Of a DNA stretch of 64,000 bases, positions 41,701-51,373 are shown piece after piece (position 1 is the first letter of the stretch; the number at the start of each line of letters is the position of its first letter). Below the pieces are notes generated by a model. It did not search any database. It was not told the DNA's origin and worked only from the letters and a program-made list of their open reading frames with translations. Source of the stretch: Candidatus Uhrbacteria bacterium (GTDB lineage Bacteria > Patescibacteriota > Patescibacteriia > UBA9934); the NCBI GenBank assembly GCA_018664485.1, contig JABJOE010000007.1, positions 68,353 to 132,352 on the forward strand, written 5' to 3'. A program made the position numbers and the translations under genes.

Positions 41701-42249
41701 TCAAGCGTAGAAGCTGAGCCACTTTTGGTAGAAGTGGGGCGGGTAGCTGGCGTTGATCTCGTAGCCCTTAGACACCCAATCTGCTTCGGTACCGTAATAG
41801 GTGTGTGTGAACACGCCAGGACTGGTCGCGAGAGCCAGGAAAGTGCAGGCTCCTTTGCCAAGCCAAGTCGAGATGGCAATTCTGTGCTCAGTATGCCCAT
41901 CTCCACGCACGACCTTGCGTGATTGAGCGAAGCCATAGAAGTCTACGGTGTCAGCCCAGTCACCCAGACCAATCCACGTGAAGAACGGAACCAGAAGTCG
42001 GAAACCCAGCTTCACGGCGAAAGGCTCGCTGTGAGTGAAAATAAGGACACCCATCACCGGACGTGAGAAGCCATCTTCATTTTCATACCCCTTCCAAATG
42101 ATTGACATGGCCTGATCACCGAACGCCAAGAGCATGTCCCGATCGATCGCGAACTTCTTGAACATCTCCCGAATCAGGAACAAGCTGAGCCCGACGAAAA
42201 TGCCGAGCAAAATTGCGAGCGTGAGAATCACCGGATTGGTGAAGTCCAT
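41701..42249 (-). CDS. Orphan N-terminal-TM protein
   Basis: GGAGG SD before ATG 42249; TTGACA-N17-TATATT at 42315-42287. Confidence 0.78.
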   Translation of the reverse strand: MDFTNPVILTLAILLGIFVGLSLFLIREMFKKFAIDRDMLLAFGDQAMSIIWKGYENEDGFSRPVMGVLIFTHSEPFAVKLGFRLLVPFFTWIGLGDWADTVDFYGFAQSRKVVRGDGHTEHRIAISTWLGKGACTFLALATSPGVFTHTYYGTEADWVSKGYEINASYPPHFYQKWLSFYA

Positions 42250-42351
42250 GTTTCCTCCAGTGGAAATCGTGTTAAAAGGACGCGAAAATATAACACAAAA
42301 ACACCCTTTTGTCAATGGAAAAGGGTGTTTTATTCTTACTTTAAGCCTTTT

Positions 42352-43083
42352 CTAGTCCTGCTTTTCTTCCGGCTTGCTCGGAAGGAAGATGCTATACAGA
42401 ATCAGCGTTAGGAACGTTGTAGCGAGCCAGTAAAGCATCACTCCACCTGGCATCGATGTAACACCGATAACCAGTGTCATACCAGGAATAAAGTAGAGCA
42501 TCATCTTGTTCATGTTCGCCATCATGTTCTCATCCTTAGCACCCTCTTTCTTGGCGACTTCCTTAATTGGCTTTCGTGCCATCGTTCGCTTCACCTGGAA
42601 GTACTGTGCAATCGCAGCGAGTACGGCAAGCGTAATGGACACCTCTGCCAAATCAATTCCCAAGAACATCGACTGAATCTCTCCTGGGTTTGAAACGAAA
42701 CTATATAGAAGTTCTGGATCAATCTCACGAACACCATCTCGCAACGCTCGATACAACGCCCAGAAAATCGGCAATTGAATGATTAGCGGCAAACAAGATG
42801 CCATCGGATTCACGTTGTTATCCTTGTACACCTCCATCAACTTCTCTGCCATCTTCTCACGATCATCTTTGTACGTCTTGCGAATCTCCGCGATCTTCGG
42901 CTGGATCTCTTGCATCGCACGCTGCGACTTAAGCATCTTGAACGTGAATGGAAACAAGATACCCTTGATCAGTAACGTAACTAGAATGATTGCAATTCCA
43001 ATCCCTCCAAACGGCATCACATCGTATAAAAAGATGAGAAGGTTATAGATCGGATGGTAAAAAACTACTTGAAAGATTCCCAT
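42352..43083 (-). CDS. yidC: Membrane protein insertase YidC (short form)
   Basis: GIAIILVTLLIKGIL, MQEIQPKI, NPMASCLPLIIQLPI, LYW. Confidence 0.95.
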   Translation of the reverse strand: MGIFQVVFYHPIYNLLIFLYDVMPFGGIGIAIILVTLLIKGILFPFTFKMLKSQRAMQEIQPKIAEIRKTYKDDREKMAEKLMEVYKDNNVNPMASCLPLIIQLPIFWALYRALRDGVREIDPELLYSFVSNPGEIQSMFLGIDLAEVSITLAVLAAIAQYFQVKRTMARKPIKEVAKKEGAKDENMMANMNKMMLYFIPGMTLVIGVTSMPGGVMLYWLATTFLTLILYSIFLPSKPEEKQD

Positions 43084-43085
43084 AA

Positions 43086-44546
43086 TTATTCTGCAGATTC
43101 TTCAGCTGCCTCTTCGGCTTTATCTTCAGATACCTCCGTAGGCTCTTCCACCGCTACTTCTTCTGCAGGAGCTTCTGCCGGAGTTTCTTCCTCAGCCTCC
43201 GCTACAGGAGCCGCATCCTCAACTTTTTCCGCTGCGTCCTCTGTAACTTCCGGTGCAGCAGTCGCCTCTGGAGCAACCTCACCTTCCGCTACTTCAGGTT
43301 TCGCTTCCTCCCCTTCAGTTGTCTCAGCGTCGTCTCCTTCAGACTTTGGCTGAGGATTTGCACCTTCTGGATTTGCTACATCGCGTACGTTTAACTTCCA
43401 ATCAGACAACTGTGCTGCCAAACGAACGTTCTGCCCACCCCGACCAATAGCCAGTGAGAGCTGATCATTCTCAACCAAAACTGTCGCTGTCTTATCTTCT
43501 TCATTCATATCAACGCTCGCAACCTTAGCTGGTGAAAGTGAGTTGATGATATATGTCTCAGGATCTTCGCTCCATTCGATAACATCGATCTTCTCGCCAC
43601 CGAGCTCATTGATGATCGTTTGAATACGAATACCACGCTGTCCGATACAAGCACCGATCGGATCGATACTTGAGTCCTCTGTCCAAACAGCAATCTTTGT
43701 TCGAGACCCAGCTTCACGGGAAATTCCCTTGATGAACACTGTCTCTTCAGCAATTTCTGGAACTTCTAAATCAAATAGGGCTCGCACCAACTCCACACTC
43801 GAACGTGAGAGCAAAATCTGCGGACCACGGGGCCCTAGTGATACTTCGCGTACGTAAACCTTCACGCGATCACCTGAGTTGTACCGTTCAGACCGAACCT
43901 GATCTGCTGGCAAGATAACTCCAGTTGTTCGTCCAATGTCGACGAGCACAACACGTCCTTCGCGGCGCTGAACTGTTCCGATCAACACCTCACCCTCCTG
44001 TTCTTTGTACTCATTAAATACGATCTCACGTTCCGCTTCTCGAAGCTTCTGTGTGATCACCTGTTTTGCAGTCATGGCAGCCATACGTCCGAACTCTCCC
44101 GGGATTGGTAGGTCCATTCGTAATACATCTCCGACCTGGGATCCAAATTTCAAAACCTTGGCATCTGACACCATGATCTGAGTCTTTGGATTAAACGCCG
44201 CCTTCTTACCTTCTTCTACGACAACTTCTTCTTCGTCCCGTCTCTTGGTTCCCGGCTTTCGCCCCTTAATCTCTTCCTCGGCGGCAGCGGCAGCCTTGGC
44301 AGCCTGATCCTGCTTCATAGCTTCAAGCTCTTCTGCAGTAATATCTGCAACGACCTCCTTGATGTCGCAGGCAGTCATCTCGCCAGTCTCTGTATTAAAT
44401 TCAACTTCAATATTCTGTTGCTTGTTACCGTAATCTTTACGATAAGCAGCAGCTAGCGCGGTTTCGATAGTTTCCATTACCGCTTCATATGATAATCCTT
44501 TCTCCTCACAAATGTGCTTGATGGCTTGTTCGATCTCACTGGCCAT
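43086..44546 (-). CDS. nusA: Transcription factor NusA with acidic tail
   Basis: FGRMAAMTAKQ, REAGSRTKIAV, GACIGQRG, AIGRGGQNVRLA. Confidence 0.98.
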   Translation of the reverse strand: MASEIEQAIKHICEEKGLSYEAVMETIETALAAAYRKDYGNKQQNIEVEFNTETGEMTACDIKEVVADITAEELEAMKQDQAAKAAAAAEEEIKGRKPGTKRRDEEEVVVEEGKKAAFNPKTQIMVSDAKVLKFGSQVGDVLRMDLPIPGEFGRMAAMTAKQVITQKLREAEREIVFNEYKEQEGEVLIGTVQRREGRVVLVDIGRTTGVILPADQVRSERYNSGDRVKVYVREVSLGPRGPQILLSRSSVELVRALFDLEVPEIAEETVFIKGISREAGSRTKIAVWTEDSSIDPIGACIGQRGIRIQTIINELGGEKIDVIEWSEDPETYIINSLSPAKVASVDMNEEDKTATVLVENDQLSLAIGRGGQNVRLAAQLSDWKLNVRDVANPEGANPQPKSEGDDAETTEGEEAKPEVAEGEVAPEATAAPEVTEDAAEKVEDAAPVAEAEEETPAEAPAEEVAVEEPTEVSEDKAEEAAEESAE

Positions 44547-44848
44547 ATTTGTCTATATTCAATTGTATTAAATTGTCTGCGTACAGTCGGACTGTCAGTT
44601 ATTACTCCAAATCTTGTGCAAGAAATAATACTACCAAACGATCCTTTGAAAAAAACCCGGCCAACAGCCGAGCTTCCAGTACACAGAGAAGATATCACGC
44701 TATCCTCGCCGCGTCAATCCCATGCCCCCAGATTATGTAGTTGATGCCAGCATGCCGTAAACAGCAACGATCCTTGACAATAAGCTTTATTTAGGTTAGA
44801 TTTCCATGCCTTTGCATCCGCAGAGGAGAAACACCTACGGGAGCAGAA

Positions 44849-45376
44849 GTGGGAGCTCGACCCAAACAATCTCGACGTCCGAGTATTCGGGCCTACGTCG
44901 ACGAAACAAAACTGGATCTACATCTCGTTGATCCACATCACGGCAGTTGGAGAGACGATACAACGTTCAAGCATACCAACGGCAGTCCTGTGACTGTCAG
45001 AGTCATCCTTGACGGTGAATTCTTCTACCTGTCTTCCAGGCAAGACTTCGGGCCACATGGGCGACAGGAGCCTGAAGGGTTCGACAAGATCATCATGTAC
45101 GTGTCGCTACGGCAGGAGTACAACAACCCGGAAATCATCGACCGCTTGCCGGAGGGCCTCTTTGAGGGTGATGATGGCCGTGGTGGTGGCTTGACCATCG
45201 AAGTCCGCAAGCACCTCAACGGAAGGCACAACCCGAAAAACAAAGCTGTTCTCACGATCCGTGGGCGAAGCGGAAACCATGTGAGAGCCATCTCACGCGC
45301 ACTCATTCACGATTGCGCGAGCATCGACGAACTGCTCCAACGAGAGCAACAGCGAGTGAAGCAGCAGGCGCGATAA
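44849..45376 (+). CDS. Orphan hypothetical protein
   Basis: TTGACA-N17-TAGATT at 44774-44802; GGAG SD; hairpin 45386-45423. Confidence 0.7.
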   Translation: MGARPKQSRRPSIRAYVDETKLDLHLVDPHHGSWRDDTTFKHTNGSPVTVRVILDGEFFYLSSRQDFGPHGRQEPEGFDKIIMYVSLRQEYNNPEIIDRLPEGLFEGDDGRGGGLTIEVRKHLNGRHNPKNKAVLTIRGRSGNHVRAISRALIHDCASIDELLQREQQRVKQQAR

Positions 45377-45427
45377 GCGCATACTACCCCGTCCAGGACA
45401 TTGCGTTCTTGGGCGGGGTTTGCACGT

Positions 45428-45781
45428 CTAGCCACCTACCCCAATCAAATGTCGGATCTCTTGCGGGTCAGTGGTTATGGCTATCACATCAATACGCATC
45501 GATGTGTATTTTATTTTCTTCTTTCGCAAGTACATCTCACCTACCGCTGCAATCTTTTCGAGCTTTGCTTTCGTCACAGACTCCTCCGGTGTACCGAAAT
45601 CATCACTACTACGCGCCTTCACTTCAACGAAAACGATCTCATCACCATCACGGGCAATAAGATCGATTTCACCAAACCTAGTTTGGTACTGTTGTTCTAA
45701 AATATCATAACCAAGTCCCTTTAAAAAACGTTCCGCCTGACGCTCGGCACTATTTCCAAACAGTCGCCGGGCATTAACCAT
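45428..45781 (-). CDS. yraN: YraN-family putative endonuclease
   Basis: G..AE..A..FL...GY, GEIDLIA, VFVEVKAR, RIDVIAI. Confidence 0.93.
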   Translation of the reverse strand: MVNARRLFGNSAERQAERFLKGLGYDILEQQYQTRFGEIDLIARDGDEIVFVEVKARSSDDFGTPEESVTKAKLEKIAAVGEMYLRKKKIKYTSMRIDVIAITTDPQEIRHLIGVGG

Positions 45782-45782
45782 A

Positions 45783-46202
45783 TTATCGTCGTTTCTTAAC
45801 TGGAATGTATTTATTTGAGTCCTTCTTTGCAGCGCCCGCCTTCCGAAGCTGCGGAATCGTCACCTTAACGTAACGAATAATCCACCAAGCCCACACAATG
45901 CAGATGAGCAACCAAACCAAGAACCAGAATCGAGCTCCGAAAAGGTAGATCTCCTCAAACGTGAAGAAGAACCAGAACATTCCAAGTATCCCCATAGTCA
46001 AAAAGAGATAACCAAGATGTCGATACGCTTTAACCATGAGATAGTCCTCATTTCGGTTGCGAGCAAAAATTCTGCTCACTGACCCCAAGATGATGAGTAT
46101 AGCGAAAAGGAGGAATAGTCCCTGCTCAAAAAATGGACTTAGGCCGATTGGTTGCAGTCGAAACCAGAACCCTGCTTCTAATATAGGAGATAAATCAATC
46201 AT
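45783..46202 (-). CDS. Hypothetical membrane protein
   Basis: 3 TM, ARFW, KYIP; tight operon spacing. Confidence 0.8.
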   Translation of the reverse strand: MIDLSPILEAGFWFRLQPIGLSPFFEQGLFLLFAILIILGSVSRIFARNRNEDYLMVKAYRHLGYLFLTMGILGMFWFFFTFEEIYLFGARFWFLVWLLICIVWAWWIIRYVKVTIPQLRKAGAAKKDSNKYIPVKKRR

Positions 46203-46253
46203 ACGAGCCGCATCGTAGACATTAAAATAAGTATCGTCAACTCAAGATCACTT

Positions 46254-46796
46254 TTATGGCCGAAGTAGCATCCCCCAAGAAAATTCACCTGACTGTACAT
46301 CGCGCTCTTTTGCAAAGCCTTCTTTCATTAACAATGCCTCTGCCTGCATAGAGTCGAGACGCTTTTCAACTGGAGGTGCTGCCGGATACTTTGTATTTCG
46401 ACGCCAATCTACCACGAACAACTTTCCATCTTCTTTTAATACACGCCGAATCTCGCCTAAGGTAGTTGCCATGTTTTCGACGCACCAAAGATTGTTTACA
46501 AAGAGTACAAAGTCGAGTGAGTGGTCCTTAATTTTTACTGCCCCGGGGATTTCGAAATCCGCCCAAAGCGTTTCCATGTTCAATATTCCAAATAACTTTC
46601 GCCTGCCATCAATCATTCCCAGAACGTCTTTCACAACATCAACGGCATAGACCATGCCTTCCTTGCCGATGATCACGGAAGATGGAAAAACAAAATGACC
46701 TGAACGACCAGCTCCAAAATCCGCAACGCGCATACCCTCCCCTACACCTGCTTCAAGCAGAAGACGTTTCGCATCGATAAGTGATGCACTGCTCAT
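46254..46796 (-). CDS. Class I SAM-dependent methyltransferase
   Basis: VADFGAGRSG, VYAVD, EIRRVLKEDG, VVDW. Confidence 0.88.
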   Translation of the reverse strand: MSSASLIDAKRLLLEAGVGEGMRVADFGAGRSGHFVFPSSVIIGKEGMVYAVDVVKDVLGMIDGRRKLFGILNMETLWADFEIPGAVKIKDHSLDFVLFVNNLWCVENMATTLGEIRRVLKEDGKLFVVDWRRNTKYPAAPPVEKRLDSMQAEALLMKEGFAKERDVQSGEFSWGMLLRP

Positions 46797-46797
46797 A

Positions 46798-47043
46798 TTA
46801 TACGAGGCTTCCTAATAAGAATTCCAAAAGATTGTCCAAGAAGTTCGTCATAACAATGATACCCAGTAGCGCCATGCCTACTCCGAGTAGCTTATAAAAA
46901 AGACGAGTACCTCCGCCGCCAAATACTTTTTCCGCAAATGGCACGCTTCCTAGAATCCGCAAATACCATTGCGTCTTGAATGTCAAAGATATTCCCACTA
47001 AAACAATTAAAATTCCGATAACAATTCGCCAAAACGTTTCCAT
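46798..47043 (-). CDS. Small membrane protein
   Basis: 2 TM, FAEKVFGGGGTRLFYKLLG. Confidence 0.8.
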   Translation of the reverse strand: METFWRIVIGILIVLVGISLTFKTQWYLRILGSVPFAEKVFGGGGTRLFYKLLGVGMALLGIIVMTNFLDNLLEFLLGSLV

Positions 47044-47144
47044 ACAAATGAGTCATTTTTAATAGTACGATTATACCACGTAGGGGTTGACAAAACCTAC
47101 TTTTTGCACTAGTGTCTGTTGAGAATCTACACTCGAGGAACCCA

Positions 47145-47906
47145 ATGATTCTGTCACTCCTTCTTTTTACCATCATGCCATCCCATGCAACTGATGTCGA
47201 CTTCCACCGCGTACCTGCGAACACCAAGAGCCTCGCACGCGAGCTCTTTGCGGACGCCTCGCCTGAAGTGGTCGGCCCACGAGATTTCGCTCTCATGGAC
47301 CCAGTCCAAGTGCAGACTACAAACTGGCAGTCACACGACTGGACCGAGTACAACCAGGCCGCTACCGCATACTGTGATCGTGTCGATAGCCGCCACGATC
47401 TGGCGACGCCTCTGGCATTCTACGGCTGGGCAAACCGCGTATCAGCCAACACGCTAGAGCACATCGGCGTTGGGAGCGTCCAGCAGATGTCCATGAACGC
47501 CATGATGCGCCGAGCGATCGACACGGGATTGGATAGCAGCCGATTCGACAAAATGGACTTTCAGTTCGATGCGTCAATCGACACCTTCCATCACATGTCG
47601 GAGGAATTCCAAGACGCATCGGCTCGAAATGATCCACACCCTATTGCCGCCATGGGAATGGACGACGTGCCTGTGGTTACCGGCCGCGAACAGCTCGAGC
47701 TGCGCAAAATGTGCCTCGGCGCCTACACCGGTGCGCAGACCGCGCTAGTCATGTCGAGTGCCACGCTCACGCAAGAACTCGCCGACTTGAACGGTGCCTT
47801 GGAGCGTGACGGCTACTTCAACCCCAAGATGCGCACCATCGATGATGATCTCATGGATATGCTTGAGAGCCTTCCGGCCCTCGAGCCCCTGGGGTCACGC
47901 CCCTAG
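47145..47906 (+). CDS. Orphan secreted protein
   Basis: Signal-like start ending SHA; GAGG SD; TTGACA-N17-TAGTGT at 47087-47115; hairpin 47931-47967. Confidence 0.78.
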   Translation: MILSLLLFTIMPSHATDVDFHRVPANTKSLARELFADASPEVVGPRDFALMDPVQVQTTNWQSHDWTEYNQAATAYCDRVDSRHDLATPLAFYGWANRVSANTLEHIGVGSVQQMSMNAMMRRAIDTGLDSSRFDKMDFQFDASIDTFHHMSEEFQDASARNDPHPIAAMGMDDVPVVTGREQLELRKMCLGAYTGAQTALVMSSATLTQELADLNGALERDGYFNPKMRTIDDDLMDMLESLPALEPLGSRP

Positions 47907-48062
47907 ACAGTCGGTACTCCGGCATGTCACGAACCCGCTACCTCAATCGAGGCGGCGGGTTCATTGCATCTAAAACTTTTATGTAATGTAGGGCTCTCAA
48001 GTCAAGTAATTAATTTACACAAACATAAAAACCACCTTGCGGCGATCCTATTCTCACAAATC

Positions 48063-48170
48063 AAAACACACTAGATTTGAGATAGTTTCGATGCCTACCT
48101 GCCGGCAGGCAGGAACGGGTGACAGACAATGAAACGCCAGGCGAAGCCTGGTCCGGCTCCGCCGGATACT
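48063..48170. repeat. Half palindromic element with two nested mini-palindromes
   Basis: Matches reverse complement of 61141-61196 once cctacctgccggcaggcagg (48094-48113) and ccaggcgaagcctgg-tccggctccgccgga (48137-48166) are removed. Confidence 0.85.
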
Positions 48171-48228
48171 TACATATATAAATAGAGTTCTATGTATAAA
48201 AAAGACCGACTTTTCAGTCAGTCTTTTT

Positions 48229-48305
48229 TGGTGGGCGCAAAGGGACTCGAACCCCTGACCCTCTCGGTGTAAACGAGATGCTCTAGCCAGCTGAGCTATG
48301 CGCCC
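48229..48305 (-). tRNA. tRNA-Val (anticodon TAC)
   Basis: TCTCG-TTTACAC-CGAGA arm; cloverleaf; CCA. Confidence 0.97.
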
Positions 48306-48463
48306 TTCTACCGCTCGCTTGGAATTTGGCAACCTATCATCCAAATATCTTCGCTCGCTTATGTAATGACCTATCTGCAGAGGTATTACACTCCTATCTC
48401 AATACCACGGATATGATACAACATCATGAGTATTGGAACAAAAGTGTAACCCTATGTAGTCAG

Positions 48464-48550
48464 TGGTGCGAACGAGAGGACTCGAACCTCCATGGGATTG
48501 CTCCCACCAGCCCCTCAAGCTGACGCGTCTACCAATTCCGCCACGTTCGC
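48464..48550 (-). tRNA. tRNA-Leu (anticodon GAG)
   Basis: TCAGC-TTGAGGG-GCTGG arm; variable arm; CCA; TTGACA-N17-TACTAT upstream. Confidence 0.97.
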
Positions 48551-48755
48551 AATTTGCGACAAAATAGTACCGATTATCACATTTTCTGTCAACTTTAGAC
48601 TCGCCCCAGATAACGAATTAAGTCAGAACTGTGGCTATTAGTAGGAACTACATAAAAGCTGTTCCAAACAGCTTAATAATGCTCGAAACCCCGCCTGACC
48701 AGAGGTCAAACGGGGTCTTCCATGTGAGCGAGTAGCTCACTGGGCAGTGGTGGAC

Positions 48756-49466
48756 TCAATGGCCATCAGCGATGCCGTCCATCCTTGTATCACACGGGAG
48801 GATTCCGCATGGATCTACATTTACTCCATCACGCCATGCGGTGACATGCAAATGAGAACCTAAACTTGAGCCTGAGTTGCCGATCTCTCCTATCTCCTGG
48901 CCCCTGCTAACACGCTGGCCAGCTTGAACCATGAATTCAGGATATCTCTTGGGTGAGGAGCACTCTCTGGGGTCATACATGTGACCATAGAGCAGCGTTT
49001 CGCCACCTTCATAACACCTGACTTTGACAGAGCAGCCATACCCATTCTTCCAACCGGCCAGAACCACGACTCCCGAACACGAAGAGCGGATTGAATCTCC
49101 CATATCTCCATCGATATCCAGACCCAGGTGTCTGTAGTTCTTGCGTAGTGACGCAATGATATCCACGCGACTTTCCCAATTGCGTCGGTTGCCCCAATGA
49201 GAGATGATGCGGTGACCATCCACTGGCCACACGTACGGCTCTTCACGCTCAATGCGCTCGAGGTACGCCGTGATGTGTGATTCGCGCCACTTCCTTTCAA
49301 AGGACCCGGGGTCACCAAGTGTCGCCTGCTGCCAACCCTCAAGGCTAGACAGACGCGGCACTTCATCCACGGCTTTTTGACCGGACTGATCCGTGAACCA
49401 AGGTTCACTCTGTACGTTGCCGCCCGCCAAAAACAGGAAGGCAAACAACAATGCGTAAATGCGCAC
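48756..49466 (-). CDS. Secreted M23-family peptidase
   Basis: Signal peptide; WPV, HLGLD, GYG, YGHM, GNSGSSLGSHLH, VDP; AGGAGG SD; hairpin 48681-48717. Confidence 0.9.
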   Translation of the reverse strand: MRIYALLFAFLFLAGGNVQSEPWFTDQSGQKAVDEVPRLSSLEGWQQATLGDPGSFERKWRESHITAYLERIEREEPYVWPVDGHRIISHWGNRRNWESRVDIIASLRKNYRHLGLDIDGDMGDSIRSSCSGVVVLAGWKNGYGCSVKVRCYEGGETLLYGHMYDPRECSSPKRYPEFMVQAGQRVSRGQEIGEIGNSGSSLGSHLHVTAWRDGVNVDPCGILPCDTRMDGIADGH

Positions 49467-49588
49467 GTTACCCTCCTGAGGTTGTGCAGGTGCTAGTATT
49501 AGCGGTTATTCGCCCTACCAGCAAGCTACATTAATACAATACACTACTTTTGTCAACGATTCATACTTATGTGCTAAAATGCCTGCGT

Positions 49589-50128
49589 ATGGGATTAATT
49601 GAGGTTATTTGCGGAGGAATGTTCTCGGGTAAAACCGAAGAATTACTACGACGGATGAAGCGAGCTCGAATCGCTCGTTTGCAGGTAGTTTTATTTAAAC
49701 CTGAAGTAGATACTCGCTATGATGTGTCGAAAGTCGTCTCACATAGCAAACTTGCAAGCGACGCCATTCCTGTAGCTAACGCCTCTCAAATACTTAAGTT
49801 TACAGACGATAGAACAGAGGTCGTAGGGATAGATGAAGCGCAGTTTTTCGGCGAAGATCTTTCCGATGTATGCAATGAGCTTGCCGATAAGGGAATGCGC
49901 GTTATCGTCGCCGGGCTTGATATGGATTTTGCCGGTAGACCATTTGGACCAATCCCCCATCTACTTGCTACAGCAGAGAAAGTCAGCAAACTTCGAGCGA
50001 TATGTACGAAGTGTGGTGATGAAGCATGCCGAAGTCAGCGACTAACAAACGAAAAAGACGTCGTTGCACTTGGTGCCGATGACGCCTATGAAGCCCGCTG
50101 CCGAAAATGCTTCACTCTGCTCGTTTAA
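49589..50128 (+). CDS. tdk: Thymidine kinase
   Basis: GGMFSGKTEEL, IDEAQFF, AGLDMDF, AICTKC, YEARCRKC. Confidence 0.97.
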   Translation: MGLIEVICGGMFSGKTEELLRRMKRARIARLQVVLFKPEVDTRYDVSKVVSHSKLASDAIPVANASQILKFTDDRTEVVGIDEAQFFGEDLSDVCNELADKGMRVIVAGLDMDFAGRPFGPIPHLLATAEKVSKLRAICTKCGDEACRSQRLTNEKDVVALGADDAYEARCRKCFTLLV

Positions 50129-50871
50129 AACTTCCGAGCGCGACCAGTTATAACTCTAACTTGCCGCGGTAAACTTTCAAAAATAAATTCATTTCCCTCA
50201 AACGCCTCCCCGTCTGCTGCACCTGCAACATTTGTAGCGCTCCGAATTACAGCTCGCTTAACTGGCACCACCGTGGTGGCAATTTTTTTCGCTCCAAACC
50301 AAGAACGTTGCGGAACACGAACAACAACTTCCAAACGACCATCTGTAGGATCGGCTGCACGAACGTCATCTTCTGGCATAGCCAAATTCCGAACTACGAT
50401 CTCGCAGGCGCGGAAAGGAGAAATCGTAAAATCACGATCACACTCAATTTCTACCTTGCTAACATTTTGCATCACAACGGTATGCAGAAAACGACGGCTG
50501 TTAACCATTCCTAAATCCAGCTCTTGTAAAATTCTAGCCGATAACACATCACACGATTCAACACCTCCGGGCATTCCAATTAAGTCGGCAATCACATTAT
50601 TGTCTTTCCCAAACGGAATCATCCCGACAACAACATCGCGATCGGCAACTGCATCGATAACTTTACGCAGCGTTAAATCATTTCCAATAGCTACAATCGT
50701 TTTAGCACCCTTTCGAATCTCGTCCCGGATCAATTCCTTTGGATCACGAAAAAGCGCAAGACGAGCAATCTTGCCGGCAATCCCAAGGTCTGTAAGTCGA
50801 GTCTCTATAGCAGACAACTCCCGCTCAAACTTTGGGTCCTGAACAAATTCATCGTATACGTAATAGTACAT
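50125..50871 (-). CDS. Diacylglycerol-kinase-like protein
   Basis: TIVAIGND.T, MIPFG..N.IA, LDLG.VN, DGRLEV, ADGE. Confidence 0.75.
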   Translation of the reverse strand: MYYYVYDEFVQDPKFERELSAIETRLTDLGIAGKIARLALFRDPKELIRDEIRKGAKTIVAIGNDLTLRKVIDAVADRDVVVGMIPFGKDNNVIADLIGMPGGVESCDVLSARILQELDLGMVNSRRFLHTVVMQNVSKVEIECDRDFTISPFRACEIVVRNLAMPEDDVRAADPTDGRLEVVVRVPQRSWFGAKKIATTVVPVKRAVIRSATNVAGAADGEAFEGNEFIFESLPRQVRVITGRARKF

Positions 50872-50916
50872 GACAGAATCAAAACCGTTTACCGCTAACT
50901 ACAGGCGATCTGTAAG

Positions 50917-51291
50917 CTATTCTTTATCGTCGCTACTCTCCACCTTTGGCATCTTGACCTCTCGGCCATCCATTGTGATTTTTCCATTTACAAGTGCCCC
51001 TGCCTGTACTGATAAAACATCGGCAGTCACGTCGCCAATCATCTTTGCAGATGAAAGTAGCTCAAGACGCCCAGCTACCTGGATATTTCCTCGTACTTCA
51101 CCACCGACGACGGCATTCTGTGCCACAACATCAGCATGAATCTTAGACTCATCCCCAACCCGCAAGTCGCCAGCTATCTGAACGTTTCCAGCAACCTCTC
51201 CTTCAATAAGTACTGCCCCCTGACTTTTAAAGTCCCCCTCTACTCGCACACCACGTGCGATGATTGTTTCTTCCGCAGTTGATTTAGCCAT
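50917..51291 (-). CDS. Bactofilin (polymer-forming cytoskeletal protein)
   Basis: TIIARGVRVEGD, IEGEVAGNV, GEVRGNI, GALVNG repeats. Confidence 0.92.
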   Translation of the reverse strand: MAKSTAEETIIARGVRVEGDFKSQGAVLIEGEVAGNVQIAGDLRVGDESKIHADVVAQNAVVGGEVRGNIQVAGRLELLSSAKMIGDVTADVLSVQAGALVNGKITMDGREVKMPKVESSDDKE

Positions 51292-51373
51292 AAGAACGTT
51301 GTTAATTTATTGAACATCCATATTTCAGATCAGTTCAGCTTCAAGTGAAATAACCAAAATACGAATGTCCAAA

